Shown in pieces: positions 38,385 to 47,706 of a stretch of DNA of 64,000 nt. Under the pieces are notes generated by a model that saw only the letters and a program-made list of their open reading frames with translations, was not told where the DNA came from and searched no databases. This DNA comes from an uncultured Actinomycetes bacterium. GTDB lineage: Bacteria > Actinomycetota > Thermoleophilia > UBA2241. Every line of letters begins with the position of its first letter. Positions within the stretch are counted from its first letter, which is position 1. Both the position numbers and the translations under genes were made by a program. Location of the stretch: NCBI GenBank assembly GCA_963767005.1, contig CAVYCN010000006.1, positions 1 to 64,000 on the forward strand, given 5' to 3'.

Positions 38385-39779
38385 CTAGCCGGCGAACGAC
38401 TCGTCGATCGAGCGGGCGGCGCGGCGGCCCGCGCCCATCGCGCTGATCACGGTGGCCGCCCCGGTCACGACGTCGCCGCCGGCCCATACCCCGGGCCGCG
38501 ACGTGGCGCCGGTCTCTTCGCTTGCCACGATGTTGCCCTTGCGCCCCACCTCGAGGCCCGGCGTGGTCATGGGGATCAGCGGGTTGGGGCTGTTGCCGAT
38601 CGCGCAGACCGACGCGTCCATCTCCATGATGAACTCCGAGCCGGGCACCTCGACCGGCCGGCGCCGGCCCGACTCGTCGGGCTCGCCGAGCTCCATGCGA
38701 CGGCACTCGATGCTCGCCAGGCGCCCGGCCTCGTCGCCGATGAGCTGCACGGGCAGCGTGAGAAAGTCGAAGATCACGCCCTCTTCCTCGGCGTTCTCGG
38801 CCTCTTCGGCGCGCGCCGGCAGCTCGGCGCGCGAGCGCCGGTAGACGATGTGCACCTCGTCGGCGCCCAGGCGCAGCGCGGTGCGCGCCGAGTCCATCGC
38901 CACGTTGCCCCCGCCGAACACGGCGACCCGCGCCGGCCGCTTGAGCGGTGTGTCGTAGGCCGGAAAGCGAAAGCCGCGCATGAGGTTGCAGCGCGTGAGG
39001 TACTCGTTGGCCGAAAAGACGCCGTTCAGGTTCTCGCCGGGGATGTCGAGGAACCACGGCAGCCCGGCGCCGGCGCCCACGAAGACGGCGTCGAAGGTCT
39101 CGAGCAGGCGTTCGATCGTGCGCGTCTTGCCGACCACGAAGTCGAGCCGCAGCTCGACCCCGAGGCCGCGCACGTAGTCGACCTCGCGGCGCACGATCGC
39201 CTTGGGCAGGCGGAACTCGGGGATGCCGTAGGTGAGCACGCCGCCGGCCTCGTGCAGCGCCTCGTACATCGTCACCGCGTGACCGCGCAAGGCGAGGTCG
39301 GCGGCCACCGTGATGCCGGCCGGCCCCGAGCCCACGATCGCGACGTGGCGGCCGGTCGGCGGCGGGAGCGGCGCAGCCGCTCCCGCCGCCTCGCCGGCCG
39401 CCGCCTCCCAGTCGGCCACGAAGCGCTCGAGGCGGCCGATCGCCACCGGGTCGCCCTTCTTGCCGAGGATGCAGCGCGCTTCGCACTGCTCCTCCTGCGG
39501 GCAGACGCGCCCGCAGACCGCCGGCAGCGCGTTGGTCTGCTTGACGGCGCGCACGGCGGCGGCGAAGTCGCCCTCGGCCACGAGGCCCACGAAGCGCGGG
39601 ATGTCGACGCTCACCGGACAGCCGTCGACGCAGCCCGGCTTCTTGCACGACAGGCAGCGCGCCGCCTCTTCGCGGGCAAGCTGCTCGGTGTAGCCCAGGG
39701 CGACCTCGTCGAAGTTGCGCACGCGCTCGGCCGGCGCCTGCTTGGGCATGGGCCGCCGCACCAGGTCGACCTTGGCCAC
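38385..39779 (-). CDS. nfnB: NfnB/SudA (GltD-like) transhydrogenase large subunit
   Basis: RCLSC...CVDGCP, CGRVCPQEEQCE, GSGPAG, YGIPEFRL, GGGNVAMD, GGDVVTGAATVISAM. Confidence 0.9.
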   Translation of the reverse strand: MAKVDLVRRPMPKQAPAERVRNFDEVALGYTEQLAREEAARCLSCKKPGCVDGCPVSVDIPRFVGLVAEGDFAAAVRAVKQTNALPAVCGRVCPQEEQCEARCILGKKGDPVAIGRLERFVADWEAAAGEAAGAAAPLPPPTGRHVAIVGSGPAGITVAADLALRGHAVTMYEALHEAGGVLTYGIPEFRLPKAIVRREVDYVRGLGVELRLDFVVGKTRTIERLLETFDAVFVGAGAGLPWFLDIPGENLNGVFSANEYLTRCNLMRGFRFPAYDTPLKRPARVAVFGGGNVAMDSARTALRLGADEVHIVYRRSRAELPARAEEAENAEEEGVIFDFLTLPVQLIGDEAGRLASIECRRMELGEPDESGRRRPVEVPGSEFIMEMDASVCAIGNSPNPLIPMTTPGLEVGRKGNIVASEETGATSRPGVWAGGDVVTGAATVISAMGAGRRAARSIDESFAG

Positions 39780-39819
39780 TACGCCCTCCCCCGCCCGCTG
39801 CCGGCCGCCGCGCCCATCG

Positions 39820-40653
39820 TCAGAACCTCGCCGAGCAGCCGCTGCGGTGCAGCGGTTCGACCTCTTCCTGGTGGTAGCCCTCGCGCCGGGCGAGGAACTC
39901 GTCCCAGTCGACCTCGTGGCCGTCGAACTCGGGCCCGTCGACGCAGGCGAACTTCGTCTCGCCGCCGACGCTCAGGCGACACACGCCGCACATGCCGGTG
40001 CCGTCGATCATGATCGGGTTCATGCTGACGATCGTCTTGATGCCGAGCGGCCTGGTCGCGTTGGCGACCGTCATCATCTGAAAGGTGCAGCCGTGGGCGA
40101 TCACCCGGTCGGGGACGATCTTCTCGTGGGTGAGGATCTCGGCGAGACGGGTGACGTGGCCGCGATAGCCTTTGCTGCCGTCGCGGGTCACGACGATGAG
40201 GCGCTCGACGACCGCCGCCATGCGGTCCTCCCAGTACAGCACGTACGAGCTGCGCGCCTCGATCAGGGCGAAGACCCGGTTGCCGGCCTCGCGCATGGCG
40301 CGGGCGATGGGCAGCAGGCTGCCCAGGCCGTAACAGCCGCCGACCAGCAGCACCGTGCCGAACTTGTCGATCTCGGTCTCGTTGCCGAGCGGCCCGGCGT
40401 ACGAGGCGACCGTGTCGCCGGCCTTCAGCCGGGCGAGCTTGGCGGTCGAGGCGCCGACCTGCACGAACACCGAGGTGACGGTGCCGGCCTGCGCGTCCCA
40501 GTCGGCGATCGTGAGCGGGATGCGCTCGCCGCGCTCGTCGGGCCGCAGGATCACGAAGTTGCCCGCCCGCGCGCTCTCGGCGACGTCGGGCGCCTCGACG
40601 GTCAGCAGGTGCACGTTGGGCACCAGCATGCGGCGTTCAACGACCGGGACCAT
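39820..40653 (-). CDS. nfnA: NfnA/SudB transhydrogenase small subunit
   Basis: GERIPLTIAD, GPLG, MIDGTGMCGVCR, CVDGPEFD. Confidence 0.9.
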   Translation of the reverse strand: MVPVVERRMLVPNVHLLTVEAPDVAESARAGNFVILRPDERGERIPLTIADWDAQAGTVTSVFVQVGASTAKLARLKAGDTVASYAGPLGNETEIDKFGTVLLVGGCYGLGSLLPIARAMREAGNRVFALIEARSSYVLYWEDRMAAVVERLIVVTRDGSKGYRGHVTRLAEILTHEKIVPDRVIAHGCTFQMMTVANATRPLGIKTIVSMNPIMIDGTGMCGVCRLSVGGETKFACVDGPEFDGHEVDWDEFLARREGYHQEEVEPLHRSGCSARF

Positions 40654-43177
40654 CTCCACCTCCTCTGGACCGGCGCCCCTTGCGGACGCGGTCACCGGCC
40701 AGCACGGCGCCGCGCGCCGGCCGCCACGAGCCCTGCCAGCTTTCGTCGCGCACGAGGTAGGCCGCGCCGCGCGGGCAGTCGGGGTCGGACCGGGCGGCGA
40801 GGACCAGGTCGGTGCCGTCCAGGCGGACCGTCAGCTCGCCGCCCGGCTCGACCCCGAGCCGGGCGAGATCGTCGGGATGCAGCCCGACGCCCGCTTCGAG
40901 GTGCAGCTCGGCCAAGCCCTCGACCACGCCGGCGAGATCGATGCCGCGGTGGCGGAACGACGCGTGCTCGAGCACGATCGTGAAGCGGCCGCTGTGGACC
41001 GGCACGATGGGTGCGGCCGGGCCGGCCGGCCCGGCCGCACCCATCGCACTCACCGCGACCGGGCTCAGGCGCCGCGGAGCCCGGTCGAGCTCGGCCGGGA
41101 ATCCAGGCACCTCGGCGCGGATCGCGTCGCGCACGGCGCGGGCCGACTCGAAGCCGAGCCCTTTGCGGCCGAGGCGCGCCGCCAGGTCGCTCACGATGCG
41201 CCAGTCGGGCCGCGGCCCGAGCAGGGCGTCGCGCGGCGGCCGGTCGACCGGGCGCAGGTCCTGCACGCGCCCCTCGACGCTCGTCAGCGTGCCCTCGGCC
41301 TCGACCGCGGCGCACGCCGGCAGAAAGACGTCGACGGCGAAGGGCGGCGGGTACATGCTCTGGACGATCACGGTCTCGCAGGGCGGCCGCTCGGTGAGCG
41401 GCGTCTCGCCGATCAGGTAGAGGACGTGCGGCGGCCGGCCGGTCCACAGGCGCTCGAGCCCGTCCTCGGCGGGGCCCGGCCGCGGGCCGGGCAGCACGCC
41501 GGCGAGGACGCCGAGCTCGAGCGCGCCGCGCACGTTGGCCCCCTGGGCGAGCGGCAGCACCGAGGCGCCGGGCAGCGCGGCCACCGCCTCGAGCTCGGCC
41601 ACGAGCTCGCCGGCGCCCTCGCAGTCGAAGACGCGCGGCCCGACGACCACCGACACGGCGCCGGCGGCCTCGCCGTCACCGGCGGCCTCGCCGGCGCTCG
41701 TGGGCGTTGATGCAGCGGCAGCCTCTCCACGGGCAGCGGCACCGTCGCCCGCACGCAGCTCGCGCAGCAGGGCGGCCAGGTCGTGCGCCTCGTCGCCCGG
41801 ACGCGAGCGCAGCCAGCGGTCGGCCACCCGCGCCAGGTTCGACTCGCGCGCATCGACGACCAGCAGGCGCGCGCCGCGCCGCACGGCGCGGCGCACCTGC
41901 ACCCCGGCGACCGAGAACGAGAAGCGCGTGTCGAGGCCGGCGACGACAACGGTGTCGGCCGCGGCCAGACGGGCGAGCGACACCGGCAGCGCGAAGAGGC
42001 GCGACCAGAGGGCGGCGCCGCCGGGCAGCGCCGAGCGGGCCGTGGAGTCGACGGCGGCCGCGAGCGCCTTGCGGGCGAAGCGCTGCGCCGCGTAGAGCGA
42101 CTCGTTGGGCAGGTCGGGCGAGGCGAGCACGAGCACCTCGCCGGGTGGCGCGGTCGCGAGGGCCGCGCCGACGGCGTCGAGCGCCTCGTCCCAGTCGGTC
42201 ACGCGCTCGTAAGGCCCCTTGCGCACGACCGGCCGGCGCCCGCGGTCGTAATGATGGGTGACCTCGGGCAGGCAGAAGCGGCCGCGCAGGCAGAGCTGGC
42301 CGTCGTTGACCTCGAGGTCGGGCGCGGCCCGCACGGCGGAGAGGGCGCCGTCCTTGTGAGCGAGCTCGACCCGGCAGCCCAGGCAGCAGAACGGGCAGGT
42401 GCTCGTCTCGGCGCCGTCGGCCTTGCCGTCCCACTTGGAGACCTTGTCGAAGAGCGCGCCGGTGGGGCACACCGACACGCAGGCGCCGCAGAACTCGCAG
42501 CCGGCGGCCACGTGCGAGACGCCGAACGCCGGACCCACCAGGGTGCGCGGCCCACGGTACTTGAAGGCGAGCACCGACGCGCCGCGCACCTCATGGCACA
42601 TGCGCACGCAGCGCCCGCAAAGGATGCAGAGGTTGTAGTCGCGGTCGTAGAAGGGGTCGTCGTGCTCGGGCTCGAGACCCTTGTAGACGATCGGATAGCC
42701 GACGTCGGTGACCCCGAGCCGCTCGACGAGCGCCTGCAGCTCGCAGTCGCCGTCGTTGGGGCAGCTCCGGCAGCCAGTCGACACGCCCGACTTGCGGATG
42801 GTCGTCAGGCTGCGGCGGCAGTCGTCGCTCTCGCCGCACAGCAGGCAGCTACAGGGGTGCTCCGACAGGAGCAGGCGCAGGATCTCCTCGCGCATCTCGC
42901 GTAGCGCGACCGTGTCGGTCGTGACCGCCATGCCTTCGGTCGCGAGCGTGCTGCAGGCGAGCGGGTAGCCGCGCGCGCCCTCGATCTCGACCGAGCACAG
43001 CCGGCAGCCGCCGAAGGCGCTGAGCTCCTCGTGCCAGCAGAGCGAGGGCACGAACACGCCGGCGAGCTCGGCGGCGCGCAGCACCGTGCTGCCCTCGGGC
43101 ACCGTGACCGGACGGTGGTCGATCTCGAGGTGCACGGCCGGCGCGTCGGGGCGCGGCAGGCGTTCGACCGTGCTCAT
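40637..43177 (-). CDS. NuoG/FdhA-like Fe-S subunit lacking the molybdopterin Cys/Sec ligand
   Basis: ATG at 43177 overlaps the upstream stop. 2Fe-2S, His-ligated and 2x[4Fe-4S] motifs, CPFCCLGC...C. The FDH site DxCARx[CU]H reads DSTARSAL. Confidence 0.85.
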   Translation of the reverse strand: MSTVERLPRPDAPAVHLEIDHRPVTVPEGSTVLRAAELAGVFVPSLCWHEELSAFGGCRLCSVEIEGARGYPLACSTLATEGMAVTTDTVALREMREEILRLLLSEHPCSCLLCGESDDCRRSLTTIRKSGVSTGCRSCPNDGDCELQALVERLGVTDVGYPIVYKGLEPEHDDPFYDRDYNLCILCGRCVRMCHEVRGASVLAFKYRGPRTLVGPAFGVSHVAAGCEFCGACVSVCPTGALFDKVSKWDGKADGAETSTCPFCCLGCRVELAHKDGALSAVRAAPDLEVNDGQLCLRGRFCLPEVTHHYDRGRRPVVRKGPYERVTDWDEALDAVGAALATAPPGEVLVLASPDLPNESLYAAQRFARKALAAAVDSTARSALPGGAALWSRLFALPVSLARLAAADTVVVAGLDTRFSFSVAGVQVRRAVRRGARLLVVDARESNLARVADRWLRSRPGDEAHDLAALLRELRAGDGAAARGEAAAASTPTSAGEAAGDGEAAGAVSVVVGPRVFDCEGAGELVAELEAVAALPGASVLPLAQGANVRGALELGVLAGVLPGPRPGPAEDGLERLWTGRPPHVLYLIGETPLTERPPCETVIVQSMYPPPFAVDVFLPACAAVEAEGTLTSVEGRVQDLRPVDRPPRDALLGPRPDWRIVSDLAARLGRKGLGFESARAVRDAIRAEVPGFPAELDRAPRRLSPVAVSAMGAAGPAGPAAPIVPVHSGRFTIVLEHASFRHRGIDLAGVVEGLAELHLEAGVGLHPDDLARLGVEPGGELTVRLDGTDLVLAARSDPDCPRGAAYLVRDESWQGSWRPARGAVLAGDRVRKGRRSRGGGDGPGR

Positions 43178-45156
43178 GAGGTCGCCCCCGCCGACTCGAT
43201 CACGATGGCGTCGCCGGCGATCGCGTCGAAGCGGCAGATCTCGTAGCACGAGCGGCACTTGATGCACTTGTCGAGGTCGAGGTTGTGGGGCTCGGAGCGC
43301 GGTCCCGTGATGGCGCCCGTCGGACACACCTGCACGCAGCGCTGGCAGCCCGTGCAGCGGCCGGGGATGATCGAGTAGACGACCAGGTCGCGGCACACGG
43401 CGGCACGGCAGCGATGCGCCGTGATGTGCTCGACGAACTCGTCGCGGAAGTACTTGAGCGACGAGAGCACGGGGTTCGGCGCCGTCTGCCCGAGGCCACA
43501 GAGCGAGGCCGCCTTGACCACGCGGGCGAGGCGCTCGAGCCGGTCGAGGTCGGCGAGCTCGCCGCGCCCGGCGCAGATGCCGTCGAGGATGCCGACCAGG
43601 TGGCCGGTGCCCACCCGGCAGGGCACGCACTTGCCGCACGACTCGTCCTGGGTAAAGCCCAGGAAGTAGCGCGCCGTGTCGACGATGCAGGTGTCGCGGT
43701 CGAGCACGATCAGGCCGCCCGAGCCGATGATCGAGCCGGCCGCCGCGAGGTTCTCGTAGTCGATCGGCGTGTCGAGGAACTCCTCGCCCAGGCAGCCGCC
43801 CGACGGCCCGCCGGTCTGCACCGCCTTGAAGTCCTTCGCGAGACCGCCGCCGATGTCGTAGATCACCGCGCGCAGGGTGGTGCCGAAGGGGATCTCGACC
43901 AGTCCCGTGCGCCGCACTTTGCCGACCAGGGCGAAGGTCTTGGTGCCGCGCGAGCCCTCGGTGCCGTGGGCGGCATACCAGGCCGCGCCGCGGCCGATGA
44001 TGGCCGGCAGCGTGGCCAGCGTCTCGACGTTGTCGATGATCGTGGGCCGCCCCCACAGGCCGGACACGGCCGGGAACGGCGGCCGGCTGCGCGGCATGCC
44101 GCGCCGGCCCTCGATGCTCGCGATGAGCGCCGTCTCCTCGCCGCAGACGAAGGCGCCGGCGCCTTCCTTGAGGGTGATGTCGAACGAGAAGCCCGAACCG
44201 AGGATGTCGGCACCCAGGAGCCCCAACTTGCGGGCCGCGGCCATGGCCGAGCGCAGGCGGGCGATGGCGAGCGGGTACTCGGCGCGGATGTAGATGTAAC
44301 CGTGATCGGCGCCGATCGCGTAGGCGGCGATCAGCATGCCCTCGAGGACGGCGTGCGGGTCGCCTTCGATCAGCGAGCGGTTCATGAAGGCGCCGGGGTC
44401 GCCTTCGTCGGCGTTGCAGACGAGGCGGCGCGGCCCCTCGTTCTCGCGGCAGGTCAGCCACTTGCGCCAGGTCGGAAAACCGGCGCCGCCGCGGCCCCGC
44501 AGGCCGGCGTCCTTGATGGTGTCGACGACCTCGCGCCAGCTCAGCTCGAGGCAGCGCTCGAAGGCGCGGTAGCCGCCGCGCGCCAGGTAGTGGTCGACCT
44601 GCTCGGGGTCGATCACGCCGCAGTTGCGCAGCACGATACGCACCTGGTCGCGCAGCATCGGGTGGTCGGCCAGGCGCGCCACGGCGGCGACGGCGTCGGC
44701 CGGCGTCGCGCCGTCGTTTGCGGGCGCGCCATCGCCGGCGGGGGCGCCGTCGTCGCCGCCGGCCGGCGCAAAGCCGCCGTCGAGACCCAGATCGGCGCCG
44801 GGTGCGTCGAAGCGCCCGACGAGGTGCGTGCGCGGCACCTCGCCGGCCAGCAGGCCGTCGAGCACGCGCGGCACGAGCTCTGGCGCCATGTTCGAGTAGC
44901 ACACGCGCGGCCGGCCGGGGAGCTGCACGTCGAACAGCGGCTCGAGATAGCAGGGCCCGATGCAGCCGACCCCCACGACCGCGGCGTCGACGCCGCGCTC
45001 GGCCAGGTACTGGAGCACCGCGTCGTGCACGGCGCCGGCGCCGGCAGCCTTGCCGCACGAACCCATGCCGATGTAGACGACGGGGCGCGGGCTGGCCGCC
45101 AGTGCGGCCCAACGCGCCTCGGCCCGCTTGCGGCGGCGCTCAAGCGTGGCCGTCAC
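43174..45156 (-). CDS. HydB/NuoF-like NADH/FMN-binding subunit (bifurcating type)
   Basis: N-terminal thioredoxin-like Fe-S domain, GLRGRGGAGFPT, CNADEGDPGAFM, CGEETAL, SCGKCVPCR, C-terminal 2x[4Fe-4S]. Confidence 0.93.
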   Translation of the reverse strand: MTATLERRRKRAEARWAALAASPRPVVYIGMGSCGKAAGAGAVHDAVLQYLAERGVDAAVVGVGCIGPCYLEPLFDVQLPGRPRVCYSNMAPELVPRVLDGLLAGEVPRTHLVGRFDAPGADLGLDGGFAPAGGDDGAPAGDGAPANDGATPADAVAAVARLADHPMLRDQVRIVLRNCGVIDPEQVDHYLARGGYRAFERCLELSWREVVDTIKDAGLRGRGGAGFPTWRKWLTCRENEGPRRLVCNADEGDPGAFMNRSLIEGDPHAVLEGMLIAAYAIGADHGYIYIRAEYPLAIARLRSAMAAARKLGLLGADILGSGFSFDITLKEGAGAFVCGEETALIASIEGRRGMPRSRPPFPAVSGLWGRPTIIDNVETLATLPAIIGRGAAWYAAHGTEGSRGTKTFALVGKVRRTGLVEIPFGTTLRAVIYDIGGGLAKDFKAVQTGGPSGGCLGEEFLDTPIDYENLAAAGSIIGSGGLIVLDRDTCIVDTARYFLGFTQDESCGKCVPCRVGTGHLVGILDGICAGRGELADLDRLERLARVVKAASLCGLGQTAPNPVLSSLKYFRDEFVEHITAHRCRAAVCRDLVVYSIIPGRCTGCQRCVQVCPTGAITGPRSEPHNLDLDKCIKCRSCYEICRFDAIAGDAIVIESAGATS

Positions 45157-45610
45157 CGAGCAGCTCCTGCAGCTTGAGGACGCTCATCTGACCGTAGATC
45201 GAGTCGTCGATCGTCACCACCGGCGCGAGAGCGCAGCAGCCCAGGCAGGCGACCCGCTCGAGACCGTACTCGCCGTCGGGCGTGGTCTCGCCGGGCCGCA
45301 CGTCGAGGCGGCGCTCGAGCGTCTCGAGCATCTGCACGCCGCCCTTCACGTGGCAGGCGGTGCCCAGGCAGACGCGCAGGCGATGACGGCCCGGCGGCGT
45401 GAAGCGGAACTGGGCGTAGAAGGTGGCGACGCCGAAGACTTCGTTCTCGGACAGCTTGAGCCAGCGCGCGACACCCGCGATCGACTCGGGCGACAGGTAA
45501 CCGAGGACCTCTTGCGTGCGCTGCAGCACCGGCACGAGGTCGGAGGGCGCACCGGAGAAGCCGCGCCTGATAGCGGGCCAGGGGTCGGAGGTCGGGGCGG
45601 GCGTCGCCAC
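45140..45610 (-). CDS. HydC/NuoE-like [2Fe-2S] subunit
   Basis: GVATFYAQF, CLGTAC, CLGCCALAP. Confidence 0.93.
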   Translation of the reverse strand: MATPAPTSDPWPAIRRGFSGAPSDLVPVLQRTQEVLGYLSPESIAGVARWLKLSENEVFGVATFYAQFRFTPPGRHRLRVCLGTACHVKGGVQMLETLERRLDVRPGETTPDGEYGLERVACLGCCALAPVVTIDDSIYGQMSVLKLQELLGDGHA

Positions 45611-46041
45611 CGGCAGCCCCCCTGCCTTCAGCCGCGCCTGAAGAACGATCCGCAGGCCATATCCCGGAAGCTCCCCTCGTCAGTGTCGACCGACGACCGG
45701 ATGGAGAAACGAGCACAGCGGTGATGCGGCCATGGTAGCACACGGCGGCAAGCTTCCGCCCGCGCCACCGGCGGCACAGCATGCGGCGGAACTGCGGCTT
45801 GACGTCTTCCGCCCCCGCGCGGCAGCGTGCTACGATGCAGGCACGTGGTCCGGCCACGAAGCTTCCGGGTCGCCTCGGGGGGCGGAGGAACTGACGGCAT
45901 GACGTCACACCGGTTCCGTGTGGACAGCGTCGCACCTCGGCCACCGCGCGGCCCGCGAGCCGCAGCAGAGCTCCCGTCCGGACCTTCCCCCGTCCTTCCC
46001 CCTAGCCGCGCCGCCGCGGATCCGAGCGGACTGGAGGCCCG

Positions 46042-46563
46042 ATGAGCACGTGCGCGCATAGCTGGTCCATGACCGACGTCCAGAACGGCTACCTCGTCGT
46101 CGAAGGCTGCTATCACTGCGGCGCGCGCAGCTCGTTCTTCTCGCTCGAGCCCGCGGTGCCGATCGACGAGTACCGCGAGGGTCCGCACTTCTGGGAGCAC
46201 CTCGCCGGCTACCAGGCCGTCAGGTTCAACCTGCGCTGCGACCAGTGCGGCGAGAAGGTCGACCTGCACGACATGATGGGCCTGATGCTCTCCACCTGCG
46301 ACGATCAGGACTGCCCGGTCGGCCGGCTCAGCACCGAGCTCGGCAAGAAGACGTCGGTCTACGTCGCGCTGTGCGCCGACTCGTCGCACACGGCGGGCCA
46401 CTGTGTGAGCGACGCCGGCGTGAAGGCCCTCGAGCAGTACTTCAACCAGCGCCTGCGCACCGGGCGCCGGAAGATCGCGGTCGTGCCCTGCAGCATGTGC
46501 GACCGCATCGACCGCTGCCAGGGCATCGTCCTGGCCGACACCGGTCTGACCGAGTTCTATTGA
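46042..46563 (+). CDS. Cys-rich hypothetical metal-binding protein
   Basis: 173 aa, 12 Cys including three CxxC; GGAGG RBS. Confidence 0.75.
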   Translation: MSTCAHSWSMTDVQNGYLVVEGCYHCGARSSFFSLEPAVPIDEYREGPHFWEHLAGYQAVRFNLRCDQCGEKVDLHDMMGLMLSTCDDQDCPVGRLSTELGKKTSVYVALCADSSHTAGHCVSDAGVKALEQYFNQRLRTGRRKIAVVPCSMCDRIDRCQGIVLADTGLTEFY

Positions 46564-46597
46564 TGCCGCGGCCGCGGTCGCGCACAAAGGGGGTTGC

Positions 46598-46927
46598 ATG
46601 AAGATCTCCGAGGTCGTCGAGAAGACTGGGCTCGAGGCGCTCAACGAGTGGGAAGACGTCGACGTGGCCGGCGTCTACATCTCGGACATGGTGTCCGACA
46701 TCATCACCGGCGCGAGCGGCTGCGGCCTGCTGCTCACGCTGCAGACCCACAAGAGCCTGATCGCCGCCGCCAACCTGGTCGACGTCGAGGCCGTGGTGTT
46801 CGCCCACGGCAAGCGCCCGGCCGACGACGTACTCGAGCTCGCCGGCAAGGCCGGCATCGCCCTGTTCACGACGCCCGACCACACCTGGAAGTACGCCGTC
46901 AAGCTCTTCGAGCTCGGCATGCGCTAA
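46598..46927 (+). CDS. DRTGG-domain protein
   Basis: MKISEVVE..L...YISDMVSD...LTLQTH..LIAAA.L. Confidence 0.8.
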   Translation: MKISEVVEKTGLEALNEWEDVDVAGVYISDMVSDIITGASGCGLLLTLQTHKSLIAAANLVDVEAVVFAHGKRPADDVLELAGKAGIALFTTPDHTWKYAVKLFELGMR

Positions 46928-47269
46928 ATGGAGCTGGCCGACATCGCCGCCGCCCTCGACTGCGCGCCGCTGACCCCACAGGACGGTGTCGGCGACATCG
47001 ACACCGTCGTGGCGTCCGACGGCATGAGCGAGATCCTCGCCTTCCACACGCCGGGCGCGGTCATGCTCACAGGGCTGACCAACATCCAGTCGGTGCGCAC
47101 CGCGGTCGTCGCCGACGTGCACGCCATCATCTACGTGCGCGGCAAGCGCCCGGCCGAGACGGCCCTCACCCTCGCTCGCGAGAAGGGCATCCCGGTGCTG
47201 TCGACCAGGCTCGGCATGTTCGAGAGCTGCGGCATCCTCTACGAGCGCGGCCTCAAGGGGGCGATGTAG
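46928..47269 (+). CDS. DRTGG-domain protein
   Basis: ASDGMSEIL, LTGLTNIQSVRTA, VRGKRP, MFESCGILY. Confidence 0.85.
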   Translation: MELADIAAALDCAPLTPQDGVGDIDTVVASDGMSEILAFHTPGAVMLTGLTNIQSVRTAVVADVHAIIYVRGKRPAETALTLAREKGIPVLSTRLGMFESCGILYERGLKGAM

Positions 47270-47706
47270 TGCCCGAGGAGCTCCTCTCGCGCTCGTTCGC
47301 GGTGCACGGCCGCGACTTCGAGAAGGCCGGCGAGGCGTCGACCGAGATCAAGTCGCTGCTCAAGGAGCTCGAGGTCGACCCGAACGTCATCCGCCGCACG
47401 GTGGTGATCGCCTTCGAGGCCGAGATGAACATCGTGATGTACGCCGACGAGGGCACCGTGAGCTTCACGCTCACCGACGAGGACATCGGCATCGAAGCCG
47501 CCGACCGCGGCCCCGGCATCCCCGACCTCGACCTTGCCCTGCAGGAGGGCTGGTCGACCGCCACCGACGAGATGCGCGAGATGGGCTTCGGCTTCGGCAT
47601 GGGCCTGCCCAACATCCGGCGCAACGCCGACGCGTTCAAGGTCGACACGCGCGTGGGCCAGGGCACCACGGTGTCCACCCGCGTCAGCCTGGACGGCACC
47701 GCGTGA
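47269..47706 (+). CDS. RsbT/anti-sigma-type HATPase Ser/Thr kinase
   Basis: GTG at 47269; DFEKAGEAS, EAEMNIV, DRGPGIPD, GFGMGLPN. Confidence 0.85.
   Translation: MPEELLSRSFAVHGRDFEKAGEASTEIKSLLKELEVDPNVIRRTVVIAFEAEMNIVMYADEGTVSFTLTDEDIGIEAADRGPGIPDLDLALQEGWSTATDEMREMGFGFGMGLPNIRRNADAFKVDTRVGQGTTVSTRVSLDGTA

Noticed and set aside
38385-39779. Glutamate synthase small subunit gltD
   Set aside because: No gltB nearby; it is paired with an NfnA/SudB gene.
40637-45112. 1491-aa ORF as a giant fusion, or a selenocysteine formate dehydrogenase
   Set aside because: The first 645 codons are an Arg-rich shadow frame over the HydB-like gene; the real start is ATG 43177. There is no in-frame TGA at the ligand site.
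43174-45610. Respiratory complex I nuoEF
   Set aside because: No membrane nuo genes are adjacent, and the extra Fe-S domains indicate a soluble HydBC-like module.
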